A stretch of DNA of 20,158 bases. Origin: Promethearchaeota archaeon (GTDB lineage Archaea; Asgardarchaeota; Hermodarchaeia; Hermodarchaeales; Hermodarchaeaceae). Location of the stretch: positions 1 through 20,158 of the forward strand of contig JBHLMI010000039.1 of NCBI GenBank assembly GCA_048938295.1, written 5' to 3'. Positions 12,452 through 20,158 of the stretch are shown piece after piece. Under the pieces are notes generated by a model. That model ran no database searches. It saw nothing but the letters and a program-made list of their open reading frames with translations, and was not told the origin of the DNA. The position numbers and the translations under genes were made by a program. Positions within the stretch are counted from its first letter, which is position 1, and each line of letters begins with the position of its first letter.

Positions 12452-13501
12452 ATGCCAGAAGTTGGTATCTTAGGTTATGGTGGATACATTCCCAAGTATC
12501 GCATCACAGTTGAAGAAATCGCCCGTGTCTGGGGGAAAGATGGAAAATCCATTGGAGCAGGCCTTAGCCTCGTCGAAAAAAGCGTTCCTGGACTCGACGA
12601 GGACACAACGACAATTTCCGTTGAAGCGGCACGCAATGCCTTGAAATGTGCCCAAATCGACCCCAACCGCATTGGAGCTGTTTACGTGGGATCCGAATCC
12701 CATGTGTACGCCACCAAGCCCACTGGTACGGTGGTGGCGGAAGCCATCAATGCTCCTAATAGTCTGCAATGTGCTGATTTCTCGTTCGCATGTAAAGCTG
12801 GCACCGCAGCCATGCAGGTGTGTATCGGATTGGTCAAATCCAAGGAAGTGGATGTGGGATTGGCCATCGGATCGGATACAGCACAAGCTAAGCCTGGCGA
12901 CGCCTTAGAATATGCCGCGGCAGCTGGAGGCGCTGCCTTCCTCATTGGAAGTGACGAGGATATGGTGGCAAGCTTCGAAGGGACCTATTCGTATACCAGT
13001 GATACACCCGACTTTTGGCGTCGGGAAGGCACCGATTTTCCTGAACATGGTTCACGATTCACTGGCTTACCAGCCTATTTCCGGCATGTCCAACAGGCTG
13101 CCATGGGCTTGTTCGAAAAGATAGGCACCAAAGCAAGCGATTATGATTGGGGTGTGTTTCATTCCCCCAACGGGAAGTTCCCCCGCCGGGTGGGACAAAC
13201 CCTTGGATTTAAACTTGAGCAAATTCAGCCGTCCCTTGTGGTGGATTATGTCGGCAACACCTATGCCGGTAGTTCCCCACTCGGATTAGCTGCCACCTTG
13301 GATATCGCCAAACCGGGTCAGAAAATCCTTATGGTCTCCTATGGCTCGGGGGCGGGAAGCGATGCCTTCCACATTGAAGTCATGAAATCCCTAATCGAAA
13401 AACGGAAACGTAAGCCTTTGGTGCAAGACTATATTGATGATAAGGTGTACATCGACTATGCCCATTATGCCAAGCACCGACGGACCATCAAAGTGGAGTG
13501 A
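12452..13501 (+). CDS. mvaS: Archaeal-type hydroxymethylglutaryl-CoA synthase
   Basis: Catalytic Glu in [11 protein letters not shown], catalytic Cys in FACKAGT, His in FHSPNGKFP; also [18 protein letters not shown] and SYGSGAGSD. 349 aa, and it sits in the conserved cluster with thiolase and DUF35. Confidence 0.95.
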   Translation: MPEVGILGYGGYIPKYRITVEEIARVWGKDGKSIGAGLSLVEKSVPGLDEDTTTISVEAARNALKCAQIDPNRIGAVYVGSESHVYATKPTGTVVAEAINAPNSLQCADFSFACKAGTAAMQVCIGLVKSKEVDVGLAIGSDTAQAKPGDALEYAAAAGGAAFLIGSDEDMVASFEGTYSYTSDTPDFWRREGTDFPEHGSRFTGLPAYFRHVQQAAMGLFEKIGTKASDYDWGVFHSPNGKFPRRVGQTLGFKLEQIQPSLVVDYVGNTYAGSSPLGLAATLDIAKPGQKILMVSYGSGAGSDAFHIEVMKSLIEKRKRKPLVQDYIDDKVYIDYAHYAKHRRTIKVE

Positions 13502-13506
13502 GTACA

Positions 13507-14688
13507 ATGCCTAAAGAAATACCAGTAAAAGAACGTATCGCCATTATTGGTGTAGGCCAAACCGCCTTCGGGGAACAATGGGACCGCAGCATTCGCCGGA
13601 TATCACTCACTGCGGCAACGGCTTGCCTAGCCGATGCAGGTGTCAGTGGTGATGATATTGATGCACTCTATGTCAGTAACACGTCGACCAGCTCGTTTAT
13701 TCAACAGGAACACCAAGCGGTAATGGCTGCTGATTCAGGTGGACTGCTACCCGTTGCCTCCACTGAGGTGGAAGCCGCCTGCGCTAGCGGAGGTGTTGCC
13801 GTCCGCCATGCATACCTGGCAGTCAAATCTGGGGAACACAAGGTCGCTATGGTCATTGGCTGTGAGAAAATGAGTGATATCTCCGAACCTGCTATCGCGG
13901 ATACCCTGATGAGCGCAGCGGACCGAGAGTGGGAGGGCCAGATCGGTGCCACTTTTCCTGCACTTTTTGCACTGCTTGCACGCCGGCACATGTATCATTA
14001 CGGAACCACCGAAGAACAGCTAGCCGCCCCTGCTGTCAAGGCACATGCGAATGCAGTGGATAATCCCTATGCACAATTCCGGTTCAAAATCACCACAGAG
14101 CAAGTTCTGAGAGGTCCTATTGTTGCAGACCCCTTGCATATGTTGCATTGTGCCCCAATATCTGATGGAGCCGCCGCCGCAATACTCGTTAGGGGCGATT
14201 GGGTCGAAAAATTCGAAGGAGACCCCATCTGGATCGATGCCTCCACTCAGGCATCTGACACCCTAGCCTTGCATGACCGCCCTCATATCACACATTTCCG
14301 TGCCGTAACCAGTGCGGCGAAAAAAGCATATGAGAAATGTAAGATGAAACCCGAAGATGTGGAAATCGCTGAAGTCCACGACTCCTTCAGCATCAGCGAA
14401 ATTATCTCAGTTGAAGACCTGGGATTTGTCGAAAAAGGAAAAGGTGGCCCTGCCATTGCTGACGGATACTTCGACAAGAAGGGTACTCTTCCGGTCAACG
14501 TGAGCGGTGGTCTCAAAGCCAAAGGTCACCCCGTCGGAGCGACAGGGATTGCCCAAGTCGTCGAAATGGTCGAACAACTCCGGGGCACTGCTGGTAAACG
14601 CCAGGTGAAAGGTGTCAAACGGGGCCTCACCCTGAACCTAGGTGGCACAGGCTCCACAGCTGTTCTGCATATCTTGAATCGTGAATAG
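13507..14688 (+). CDS. Archaeal acetoacetyl-CoA thiolase (acetyl-CoA C-acetyltransferase)
   Basis: Nucleophile Cys in EAACASGG, EKM, HDSF (HDCF-type loop), NVSGGLKAKGHPVGATG. ATG 13507 is preferred because GGAGTGA SD lies at 13495-13501; GTG 13498 overlapping the upstream stop is an in-frame alternative. Confidence 0.93.
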   Translation: MPKEIPVKERIAIIGVGQTAFGEQWDRSIRRISLTAATACLADAGVSGDDIDALYVSNTSTSSFIQQEHQAVMAADSGGLLPVASTEVEAACASGGVAVRHAYLAVKSGEHKVAMVIGCEKMSDISEPAIADTLMSAADREWEGQIGATFPALFALLARRHMYHYGTTEEQLAAPAVKAHANAVDNPYAQFRFKITTEQVLRGPIVADPLHMLHCAPISDGAAAAILVRGDWVEKFEGDPIWIDASTQASDTLALHDRPHITHFRAVTSAAKKAYEKCKMKPEDVEIAEVHDSFSISEIISVEDLGFVEKGKGGPAIADGYFDKKGTLPVNVSGGLKAKGHPVGATGIAQVVEMVEQLRGTAGKRQVKGVKRGLTLNLGGTGSTAVLHILNRE

Positions 14689-14698
14689 GTGAATCCTT

Positions 14699-15286
14699 AT
14701 GTCAGATCAAAGCGTTCCTATGTTGTGGCGACGAATCAAAAACGTCTATAACCTTGTTGGCCGACACTGTCGAACATGTAACACCAAATACTTCCCCCCT
14801 ATTCCCCTCTGCCCAAAATGTCGCAGAAAAACAGACTTCGTGGACACCCAGTTTTCTGGGCTGGGTAAAATTTATTCTTATACAGTTATCCATGATCCAC
14901 CAACAGGATTCAAAGACCTTGCACCTTATGTAATGGCTTTAGTCCGCTTGGATGAAGGCCCTCTGGTGCTTTCCCAAATCGTGGATGTCGACCAGGATCA
15001 ACTCAAAATCGGTATGAGCGTCCAAGTGGTCTTTCGTCGGATTGGTGATGCTGGTCGCACCGGTGTTTTACGCTATGCCTACAAGTTCCGTCCCCTCCCT
15101 GAGTATGCCACAGGGCACATCATTGCTTCAGTGGATGGCGAAGAGGGTGTCGTCCATCTGGAAGTACCAATGAAAGAACGAAAACGCCGATCTGTACGGG
15201 CAGCACTCGAAGGTGCCTATGAAAGAGGGAAACGTCGTCTTCGTCGAGAAAAGAAAAATAATGAAACCGCTGAAAAGCCCAAATAA
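14699..15286 (+). CDS. DUF35 family Zn-ribbon/OB-fold scaffold of the thiolase-HMG-CoA synthase complex, with a 63-aa C-terminal extension
   Basis: CRTC...FPP...CPKC zinc ribbon, GKIYSYTVIH, PYVMALVRLDEG, ending YKFRP at residue 132. AGGTGA SD at 14687-14692. Adjacent to the thiolase gene. Confidence 0.9.
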   Translation: MSDQSVPMLWRRIKNVYNLVGRHCRTCNTKYFPPIPLCPKCRRKTDFVDTQFSGLGKIYSYTVIHDPPTGFKDLAPYVMALVRLDEGPLVLSQIVDVDQDQLKIGMSVQVVFRRIGDAGRTGVLRYAYKFRPLPEYATGHIIASVDGEEGVVHLEVPMKERKRRSVRAALEGAYERGKRRLRREKKNNETAEKPK

Positions 15287-15359
15287 AGCAAAAGTGGATA
15301 GCATCATTCCTACTCCAGTAATGATATTCTTCCTTAACTAAGAGTTCTTTAACCACGCA

Positions 15360-15367
15360 TTTTATAA
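15360..15367 (+). promoter_or_regulatory. Putative TATA box (TTTTATAA) for the acylase operon
   Basis: Canonical archaeal TATA sequence in the 15287-15433 intergenic region. Confidence 0.5.
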
Positions 15368-15433
15368 GTTGGAAGTAAAGGATGTTCGCTCCAGCGTCAC
15401 CCCACATGTGAGGAGTTCCTTGGGGGTCTATGC

Positions 15434-17854
15434 GTGTCTGGTCAGCGAAGAATTTTCAATTGCAGAACAATCACAGTCATTCTCATCAGCTCTCTAATCC
15501 TCGGCATGCTGGTGAGTATAGTTCCGTGGCTTCAACCGAATGGTGGCCTCTGGGCGGATATTTCCTTGGCAAACCTTCCCCCCTATTCGTATGAAAACAT
15601 CCAGGGACTTAATGGAGAAGTCCACATAGTTCGTGATTTCTGGGGAGTCGCTCAAATTCATGCCACTGACCTCAATGATTTGTATCTAGCCTGTGGGTAT
15701 GCTCATGCCCAGGATCGGTTGTTCCAATTGGATCTGTATCGGCGTGTCGCTGAAGGCAGATTGTCTGAAATCTTTGGGGAATCATATATTGAATTGGATA
15801 CCTTCAATCGGCAGCTGGGCTTTGAAGCTATAGCGAATGCCTCCGTCTCCGTTCTGGATCCGATGGTTCTGGCGTTGTTGAAAAGTTATGCTTTGGGAAT
15901 CAACCGGTTCTTGGAGAATATGGGATCAGATATCCCCTTGGAATTTCGAAGCCTTGGGTACTTGCCAGAACCATGGAACGAAACTGATTCATTGAGTATT
16001 GAACGGTATATGGCTTGGCAGCTTTCGGCTAGTAATGTGTTTCAAGATCTCAAAATGGCTGATCTAATTGACACCTACGGAGCTGCTCTTGTTTTTACTG
16101 ATCTGTTTCCGGAGGTGCAGTACAATGATGGTTTCATTGTGCCAAGTCCCATGCTTCCAGCCCCACTGAAAGCTGCTGCCAACTCTTTGGCTCACCGACT
16201 CGAAGATCTGCAACAGATGAATCCTGTGCCACTATCCAGTGGAGGAAGTAATGCGTGGGTCGTTAATGGGACGCATACTTCAACAGGGGCTCCGATAGTA
16301 GCAGGTGACCCTCACTTTTCAATGTCGTTACCTCCGATGTGGTATGAGATTCAACTGGTAGCGGGTGGGTATAATGTCGCGGGGATTACTTACATGGGAA
16401 TCCCCTTCGTGTATCAGGGGCATAATCATGACATTGCCTGGACCTGGACAGGAATGTTCACTGATGTGAGTGATTTCTACTATTATTCTTGGAACCCAAG
16501 TAATCCGGACCAGTATTGGTGGAATAACAACTGGTACACCGTTGAAAAGCGTAACACCACAATTTGGGTGCGAGCAGATGGACAATTTCTTCCCGAAGAG
16601 ATCACCCTTAATTACACTGTACATGGTCCTTTATTCACCGAGAATACTGGACGATTTGCCCTGAAATGGGCGGGAGCTAATAGTTCACGAACCACTGAAG
16701 CCTTCTATGAATTAGGATTAGCCACTAATTATGCCAGTTTTCTGGCGGCGATTCAACAGATCGATTGCCCCAATCTGAACTTTCTCTATGCAGACACTGT
16801 CGGCAACATTGCTTATCACGCCGCGGTTGCTCAGCCCATCCGTGGACTTGGGCTAGGTCCCGCTCCCCTCAATGGATCAGCAAATGCAACCGGATGGCAG
16901 GGATTCATCCCCTTTAATCAGCTCCCTCAAAGCGTGAATCCCTCAGCAGGTTTTCTGGTATCCGCGAACAATCGTCCCGTAAATTCGAGTTACCCTTACT
17001 ATCTCGGATATGATTTTGCAGCACCTTACCGGGCGAATCGTGTAACCGAGTTATTGAACACCTCAACATCTTTGACGATGACGGATATGGGTGCGATCCA
17101 ACAGGATGTCCTCTCACTACATGCCTTGGCAATCAAAGATATTGTCGCCAGTGTCGTCCTTGCACATATCTCTGAGACAGAGGATCCAATCATGCATGCA
17201 GCGGCGATTGCACTCCAAGACTGGGATGGGGTCGTCCATACGGAGAGTATCGCAGCGACCATCTGGACCAGCTTTTCACCGAAATTCATGAATGCTACTT
17301 TCTTTGATGAATACGATGCTGCAGGAACCCCTGATGGACCCTATCCATCCATGAGCGTTCTCGACAACCACACAATAATCAATTATGGCCAATGGTTCGA
17401 TGACATCAACCAACCTGGTTCACAAACACGCGATGACATCATCCTCGCCACTTTTGAAGAGACCATTGACTTCCTGACACTCAATCTAGGTCCGGATACA
17501 AATCTTTGGCAATATAGCCGTATCCACATATTGTGGGTGCAATTTGCCTTATCGGACGCCTTCACGTATCTGAATGCACCACGATTTCCGGTTAATGGTA
17601 GTGAATACACTGTCAATTATGCCCCCGGTTTCACGGTCTCGGTTGGAACCAGCTATCGTCTCATCATGGATACTAATGATTTCCAGAATTGCCTCGGAGT
17701 GCTCCCTGGCGGACAACGGGCTAACGGATATGCCCGTAACTTCATGGACCAACTGACCTTGTGGATTATCGGCGAATACCACCGCCTACCATATCCCGCG
17801 CATCTCGGGGAAATAACCGAGTTTGCTTCCCTTGTCCATCTCATTCCGGGGTGA
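15434..17854 (+). CDS. Penicillin acylase family Ntn-hydrolase (peptidase S45; penicillin/AHL/lipopeptide acylase-like) with an N-terminal signal/membrane anchor
   Basis: VHIVRDFWGV...GYAHAQDRLFQLDLYRRVAEGRLSEIFG alpha-subunit motif; autocleavage/catalytic Ser at G-SNAW (codon 16247-16249, residue 272); AGDPH, TVHGP, NFLYADTVGNI, SANN (oxyanion Asn), LPGGQ. Hydrophobic N-terminus. GTG start with GGGGGT SD. Confidence 0.92.
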   Translation: MSGQRRIFNCRTITVILISSLILGMLVSIVPWLQPNGGLWADISLANLPPYSYENIQGLNGEVHIVRDFWGVAQIHATDLNDLYLACGYAHAQDRLFQLDLYRRVAEGRLSEIFGESYIELDTFNRQLGFEAIANASVSVLDPMVLALLKSYALGINRFLENMGSDIPLEFRSLGYLPEPWNETDSLSIERYMAWQLSASNVFQDLKMADLIDTYGAALVFTDLFPEVQYNDGFIVPSPMLPAPLKAAANSLAHRLEDLQQMNPVPLSSGGSNAWVVNGTHTSTGAPIVAGDPHFSMSLPPMWYEIQLVAGGYNVAGITYMGIPFVYQGHNHDIAWTWTGMFTDVSDFYYYSWNPSNPDQYWWNNNWYTVEKRNTTIWVRADGQFLPEEITLNYTVHGPLFTENTGRFALKWAGANSSRTTEAFYELGLATNYASFLAAIQQIDCPNLNFLYADTVGNIAYHAAVAQPIRGLGLGPAPLNGSANATGWQGFIPFNQLPQSVNPSAGFLVSANNRPVNSSYPYYLGYDFAAPYRANRVTELLNTSTSLTMTDMGAIQQDVLSLHALAIKDIVASVVLAHISETEDPIMHAAAIALQDWDGVVHTESIAATIWTSFSPKFMNATFFDEYDAAGTPDGPYPSMSVLDNHTIINYGQWFDDINQPGSQTRDDIILATFEETIDFLTLNLGPDTNLWQYSRIHILWVQFALSDAFTYLNAPRFPVNGSEYTVNYAPGFTVSVGTSYRLIMDTNDFQNCLGVLPGGQRANGYARNFMDQLTLWIIGEYHRLPYPAHLGEITEFASLVHLIPG

Positions 17855-17858
17855 TACC

Positions 17859-18362
17859 ATGTCAAGTAGCTATATGGAAAATCTACGGGCTTTCCTGCGA
17901 AAGAAACATAACATCCTCGTTGGTTTAGCCGTCTGTTTCTTCCTCGCGATGCTCATCCAATTGACGGGACAAGGTATCCTTATCGTCATCGCTGGCATCC
18001 TAGCGGGCTTTCTTATGAAGAGAACATATCGTGCTGTCCTGATCAGCTTTCTTGCAGGGTTTCTTGCTTGGCTCACCCTCTTTGGTGTGCTAGCGTTTAA
18101 CTATACCAACGCGTTCATAAACGCCTGGATCCTTGTAGGACAAGCGTTTCCTGCACCACAGCTCTTTGTTTGCTTGATTGCAGGTGTCATTACAGGCGTC
18201 GGGGCACAAGTTGGTACACTCTTCGCCGACATCGCTTACCCACCCTCGGATGATTTGGGTCTTCCACCAGGACCCGAACGTATTCCTACCGAAGAGTTGC
18301 CAAAACGTAAACGCGTTAAACGCAGAGAAACCAAGCGTAAGAAAAAGAAGAGACGCTACTAG
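17859..18362 (+). CDS. Small ~4-TM membrane protein with a very basic C-terminal tail, probably co-transcribed with the acylase
   Basis: ATG 17859 is 4 nt after the acylase stop, with a GGGGTGA SD overlapping that stop (the ORF track's 17823 start is probably too early). Four Gly/Ala-rich hydrophobic segments; tail KRKRVKRRETKRKKKKRRY. Confidence 0.8.
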   Translation: MSSSYMENLRAFLRKKHNILVGLAVCFFLAMLIQLTGQGILIVIAGILAGFLMKRTYRAVLISFLAGFLAWLTLFGVLAFNYTNAFINAWILVGQAFPAPQLFVCLIAGVITGVGAQVGTLFADIAYPPSDDLGLPPGPERIPTEELPKRKRVKRRETKRKKKKRRY

Positions 18363-18443
18363 CGTACTCCAGCAGCCCAGTGAGATTGCAAACATCGGAA
18401 GACACAAATACGAATACACAAGTGCGGCTATGAGGTTCTCTGT

Positions 18444-19064
18444 GTGCCCAAGCCAGAATCTAATGACTTAAATTGCCTAGAACAAACAAGTCAAGTTCAA
18501 GCTGATCTCCAGCAACTCTTAGACAAAGATCCAGAGACCCGACGATTGGCTATCCGACATCTGGGACAGCTAGGCCCCATTGCTGCTCCAGCTCTTCCAA
18601 ACTTACGGTCTACTCTAGCTGACCCTGATTTTCGAATTCGTCTTGAAGCAGCCATCGCTATTGGTTTCATCGGCACCAAAAATGAGACTCAATATTTACT
18701 CCCCTTACTCGACGATGAGGTGGAAGCTGTCCGCTTTCAAACTATCAGCGCCTTCGCTTTTCTCAAAGACACCAAAGTCACGCCCATCCTCCTTTGCCAA
18801 TATGAACGGGAAACAATTCACGTGCAAGACCAAATTTTACGAGCTTTAGGTCATTTGGGGGGTTCCGAAGCGTACTCGTTGCTTGTTCAGGAACTTGGTG
18901 CTGAAAACCCCACCGTTCGAACAGGAGCAGTAGTTGGACTTAGTTTTCTTGGCGATTCACGGGCATGTTCTCTCCTAAAACAGGTTGCAGAGACCGATTC
19001 CGATGAGATTGTAGCCCATGAGGCGAGAATTGCTTTACTTCAGTTACAAGACTCGACTCAGTAA
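18444..19064 (+). CDS. HEAT (PBS-lyase-like) repeat protein
   Basis: About six ~31-aa repeats of the form L.D.D..VR..A...LG.hG (LLDKDPETRRLAIRHLGQLG, LADPDFRIRLEAAIAIGFIG, LGAENPTVRTGAVVGLSFLG). GTG start with GAGGT SD 7 nt upstream. Confidence 0.85.
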   Translation: MPKPESNDLNCLEQTSQVQADLQQLLDKDPETRRLAIRHLGQLGPIAAPALPNLRSTLADPDFRIRLEAAIAIGFIGTKNETQYLLPLLDDEVEAVRFQTISAFAFLKDTKVTPILLCQYERETIHVQDQILRALGHLGGSEAYSLLVQELGAENPTVRTGAVVGLSFLGDSRACSLLKQVAETDSDEIVAHEARIALLQLQDSTQ

Positions 19065-19091
19065 AGCGCATAGCACACTTTAAAGAGCAGC

Positions 19092-19120
19092 TTTTCTCAC
19101 AAAGAAAACGTAAGAGAAAA
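19092..19120. terminator. Possible bidirectional terminator hairpin between convergent genes
   Basis: TTTTCTC (19092-19098) is complementary to GAGAAAA (19114-19120), giving T-rich tracts on both strands between the HEAT and wHTH genes. Confidence 0.3.
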
Positions 19121-19160
19121 AGTGGTGGGTGGAAGATCGCGCAGTATCGTCCAGTCCAAG

Positions 19161-19403
19161 TTACGCTGCTTCGTTGTTAAGCAGCTGTCGACCTTTATCC
19201 GTCAAATCGAACCAGACGTGGTAGACGCCTCGTCGTTCGTTGATGAGGCCATTTTGGGTTAGTCGTTTCAAATGATAAGCAGCAGTTGAAGTGGGGATGT
19301 TTAAGTCTTTGGCGATTTCACGGAGGAACGCCTTGTCTTTGGACAGCATGTACATGATCTTCCTCCGGGTGCTGTGTTGGAGTGCTTCTTTATTCGACAA
19401 CAT
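19161..19403 (-). CDS. Small winged helix-turn-helix transcriptional regulator (ArsR-like fold, DNA-binding domain only)
   Basis: HSTRRKIMYML...FLREIAKDLNIPTSTAAYHLKRLTQNGLI...FDLTDKGR is a classic wHTH pattern. 80 aa, with its own canonical promoter. Confidence 0.88.
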   Translation of the reverse strand: MLSNKEALQHSTRRKIMYMLSKDKAFLREIAKDLNIPTSTAAYHLKRLTQNGLINERRGVYHVWFDLTDKGRQLLNNEAA

Positions 19404-19416
19404 CTTAACTCTGTTA

Positions 19417-19429
19417 ATTGTTTAGATAA
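19417..19429. promoter_or_regulatory. Candidate operator ATTGTTTAGATAA (copy 2), between the wHTH TATA box and start codon
   Basis: Exact match to 550-562; lies 6-18 nt downstream of the TATA box on the minus strand. Confidence 0.4.
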
Positions 19430-19434
19430 AGAAG

Positions 19435-19450
19435 TATATAAGGCTTTTCG
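19435..19450 (-). promoter_or_regulatory. BRE plus TATA promoter of the wHTH gene (CGAAAA-GCC-TTATATA on the minus strand)
   Basis: A purine-rich BRE immediately precedes TTATATA, about 32 nt from the ATG. No SD, consistent with a very short leader. Confidence 0.65.
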
Positions 19451-19456
19451 TTTTTA

Positions 19457-19582
19457 CTAGATTCGTCTAGCTAACCTCAAACGCACCTAGCTAAAACACG
19501 CACAGATAAATCCTTGGGTGCTGTTCTAAGGTGTTGAACGCCTGTTTTCGTTCTGTTCTAACCTGTAGGATAATGTGGGATG
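19457..19582 (+). repeat. Helically phased short repeats in the wHTH/permease divergent intergenic region
   Basis: CTAG at 19457, 19467 and 19487 (CTAGCTAA...ACGCAC twice). NTGT units at 19521, 19531, 19542, 19553, 19563 and 19573, including CTGTTCTAA twice. Confidence 0.45.
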
Positions 19583-19652
19583 TCACGAATGAAGCTAAGC
19601 AGTTTGATGGACTTACATCAGACGCTAATTGAACTAGGGACATGCGAAGAAA

Positions 19653-20158
19653 ATGGGCTTACGTGAATTCGTCGTCAGACGCGTCATCAACAGCTTCATT
19701 CTTATTTTAGGCGCAATCATCTTCAACTTCTTCGTCTTCCGGTTGATGCCCGGGGACCCGGTGTCAATTCTGATTAGTCCCCAGATTGGACGCGATCAGC
19801 AGGCCTTAGCTGATGCTCTACGGGCGATGTGGGGATTGGACCAACCACTCTATGTTCAGTTTGGCCAATACATCGTGAACATGTTCACGTTTAACTTTGG
19901 TATCTCCTTTGCGCAAGGCAATCGCCCGGTCATTGAAGCAATTGCCGCTCGACTCCCCAACACCCTATTGCTCATGGGCACTGCAGCCATTATCACGATT
20001 ATCATCGGAGTAGTCACCGGCATCTTTGCAGCCTCCAAACGTGGATCACCTTTCGACATGGGCACGGTGACCGGTGCTTTGATCTTGTACTCGGTGCCCA
20101 CTTTTTGGTTAGGCATGATGTTCATTCTCCTCTTCGGATTCTACATCCCCCTATTTCC
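19653..20158 (+). CDS. dppB: Peptide/nickel ABC transporter permease (DppB/OppB family); partial, runs off the window end and is absent from the ORF track
   Basis: My translation from ATG 19653: MGLREFVVRRVINSFILILGAIIFNFFVFRLMPGDP...WGLDQPLYVQFGQYIVNMFTFNFGISF...RLPNTLLL...SVPTFWLGMM, which carries the typical DppB/OppB N-terminal motifs. No stop before 20158. Confidence 0.92.
   Translation, partial: MGLREFVVRRVINSFILILGAIIFNFFVFRLMPGDPVSILISPQIGRDQQALADALRAMWGLDQPLYVQFGQYIVNMFTFNFGISFAQGNRPVIEAIAARLPNTLLLMGTAAIITIIIGVVTGIFAASKRGSPFDMGTVTGALILYSVPTFWLGMMFILLFGFYIPLF

Noticed and set aside
9510-18471. Short shadow ORFs over acdA, fprA, the mevalonate genes and the acylase (e.g. 10433-10957, 10642-11004, 12470-12886, 18090-18419)
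   Set aside because: They overlap confidently identified enzymes in other frames or strands and have no independent support.

Overview
Archaeal genomic DNA, shown by BRE/TATA promoters, GGTGA/GGAG-type Shine-Dalgarno motifs and an archaeal HMG-CoA synthase-thiolase-DUF35 cluster. An Asgard-type lineage is plausible from the style of the giant Ig-repeat protein, but this is inference. The left half holds a ~2,900-aa single-pass surface protein (signal peptide, putative glycan-binding head, about 20 Ig-like repeats, TM helix, ~240-aa cytoplasmic tail). Directly upstream is the 3' end of a paralog with a strongly conserved copy of the same tail. The tail has two ~36-aa helical modules (ELxKIPGL...) flanking a Pro-rich linker that carries an invariant 16-aa motif. 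This receptor-like tandem family is the most novel-looking system in the window. The right half holds an ADP-forming acyl-CoA synthetase alpha subunit, a flavodiiron protein, the upper mevalonate cluster (DUF35 with an unusual basic extension), a membrane-anchored penicillin-acylase-family hydrolase plus a 4-TM protein, a HEAT-repeat protein, a small winged-helix regulator and a partial DppB/OppB permease. An identical 13-bp pseudo-palindrome lies in both the regulator promoter and the giant-gene promoter. No rRNA, tRNA, CRISPR array or IS element was recognised. All calls are from motif recognition by eye, with no database searches.
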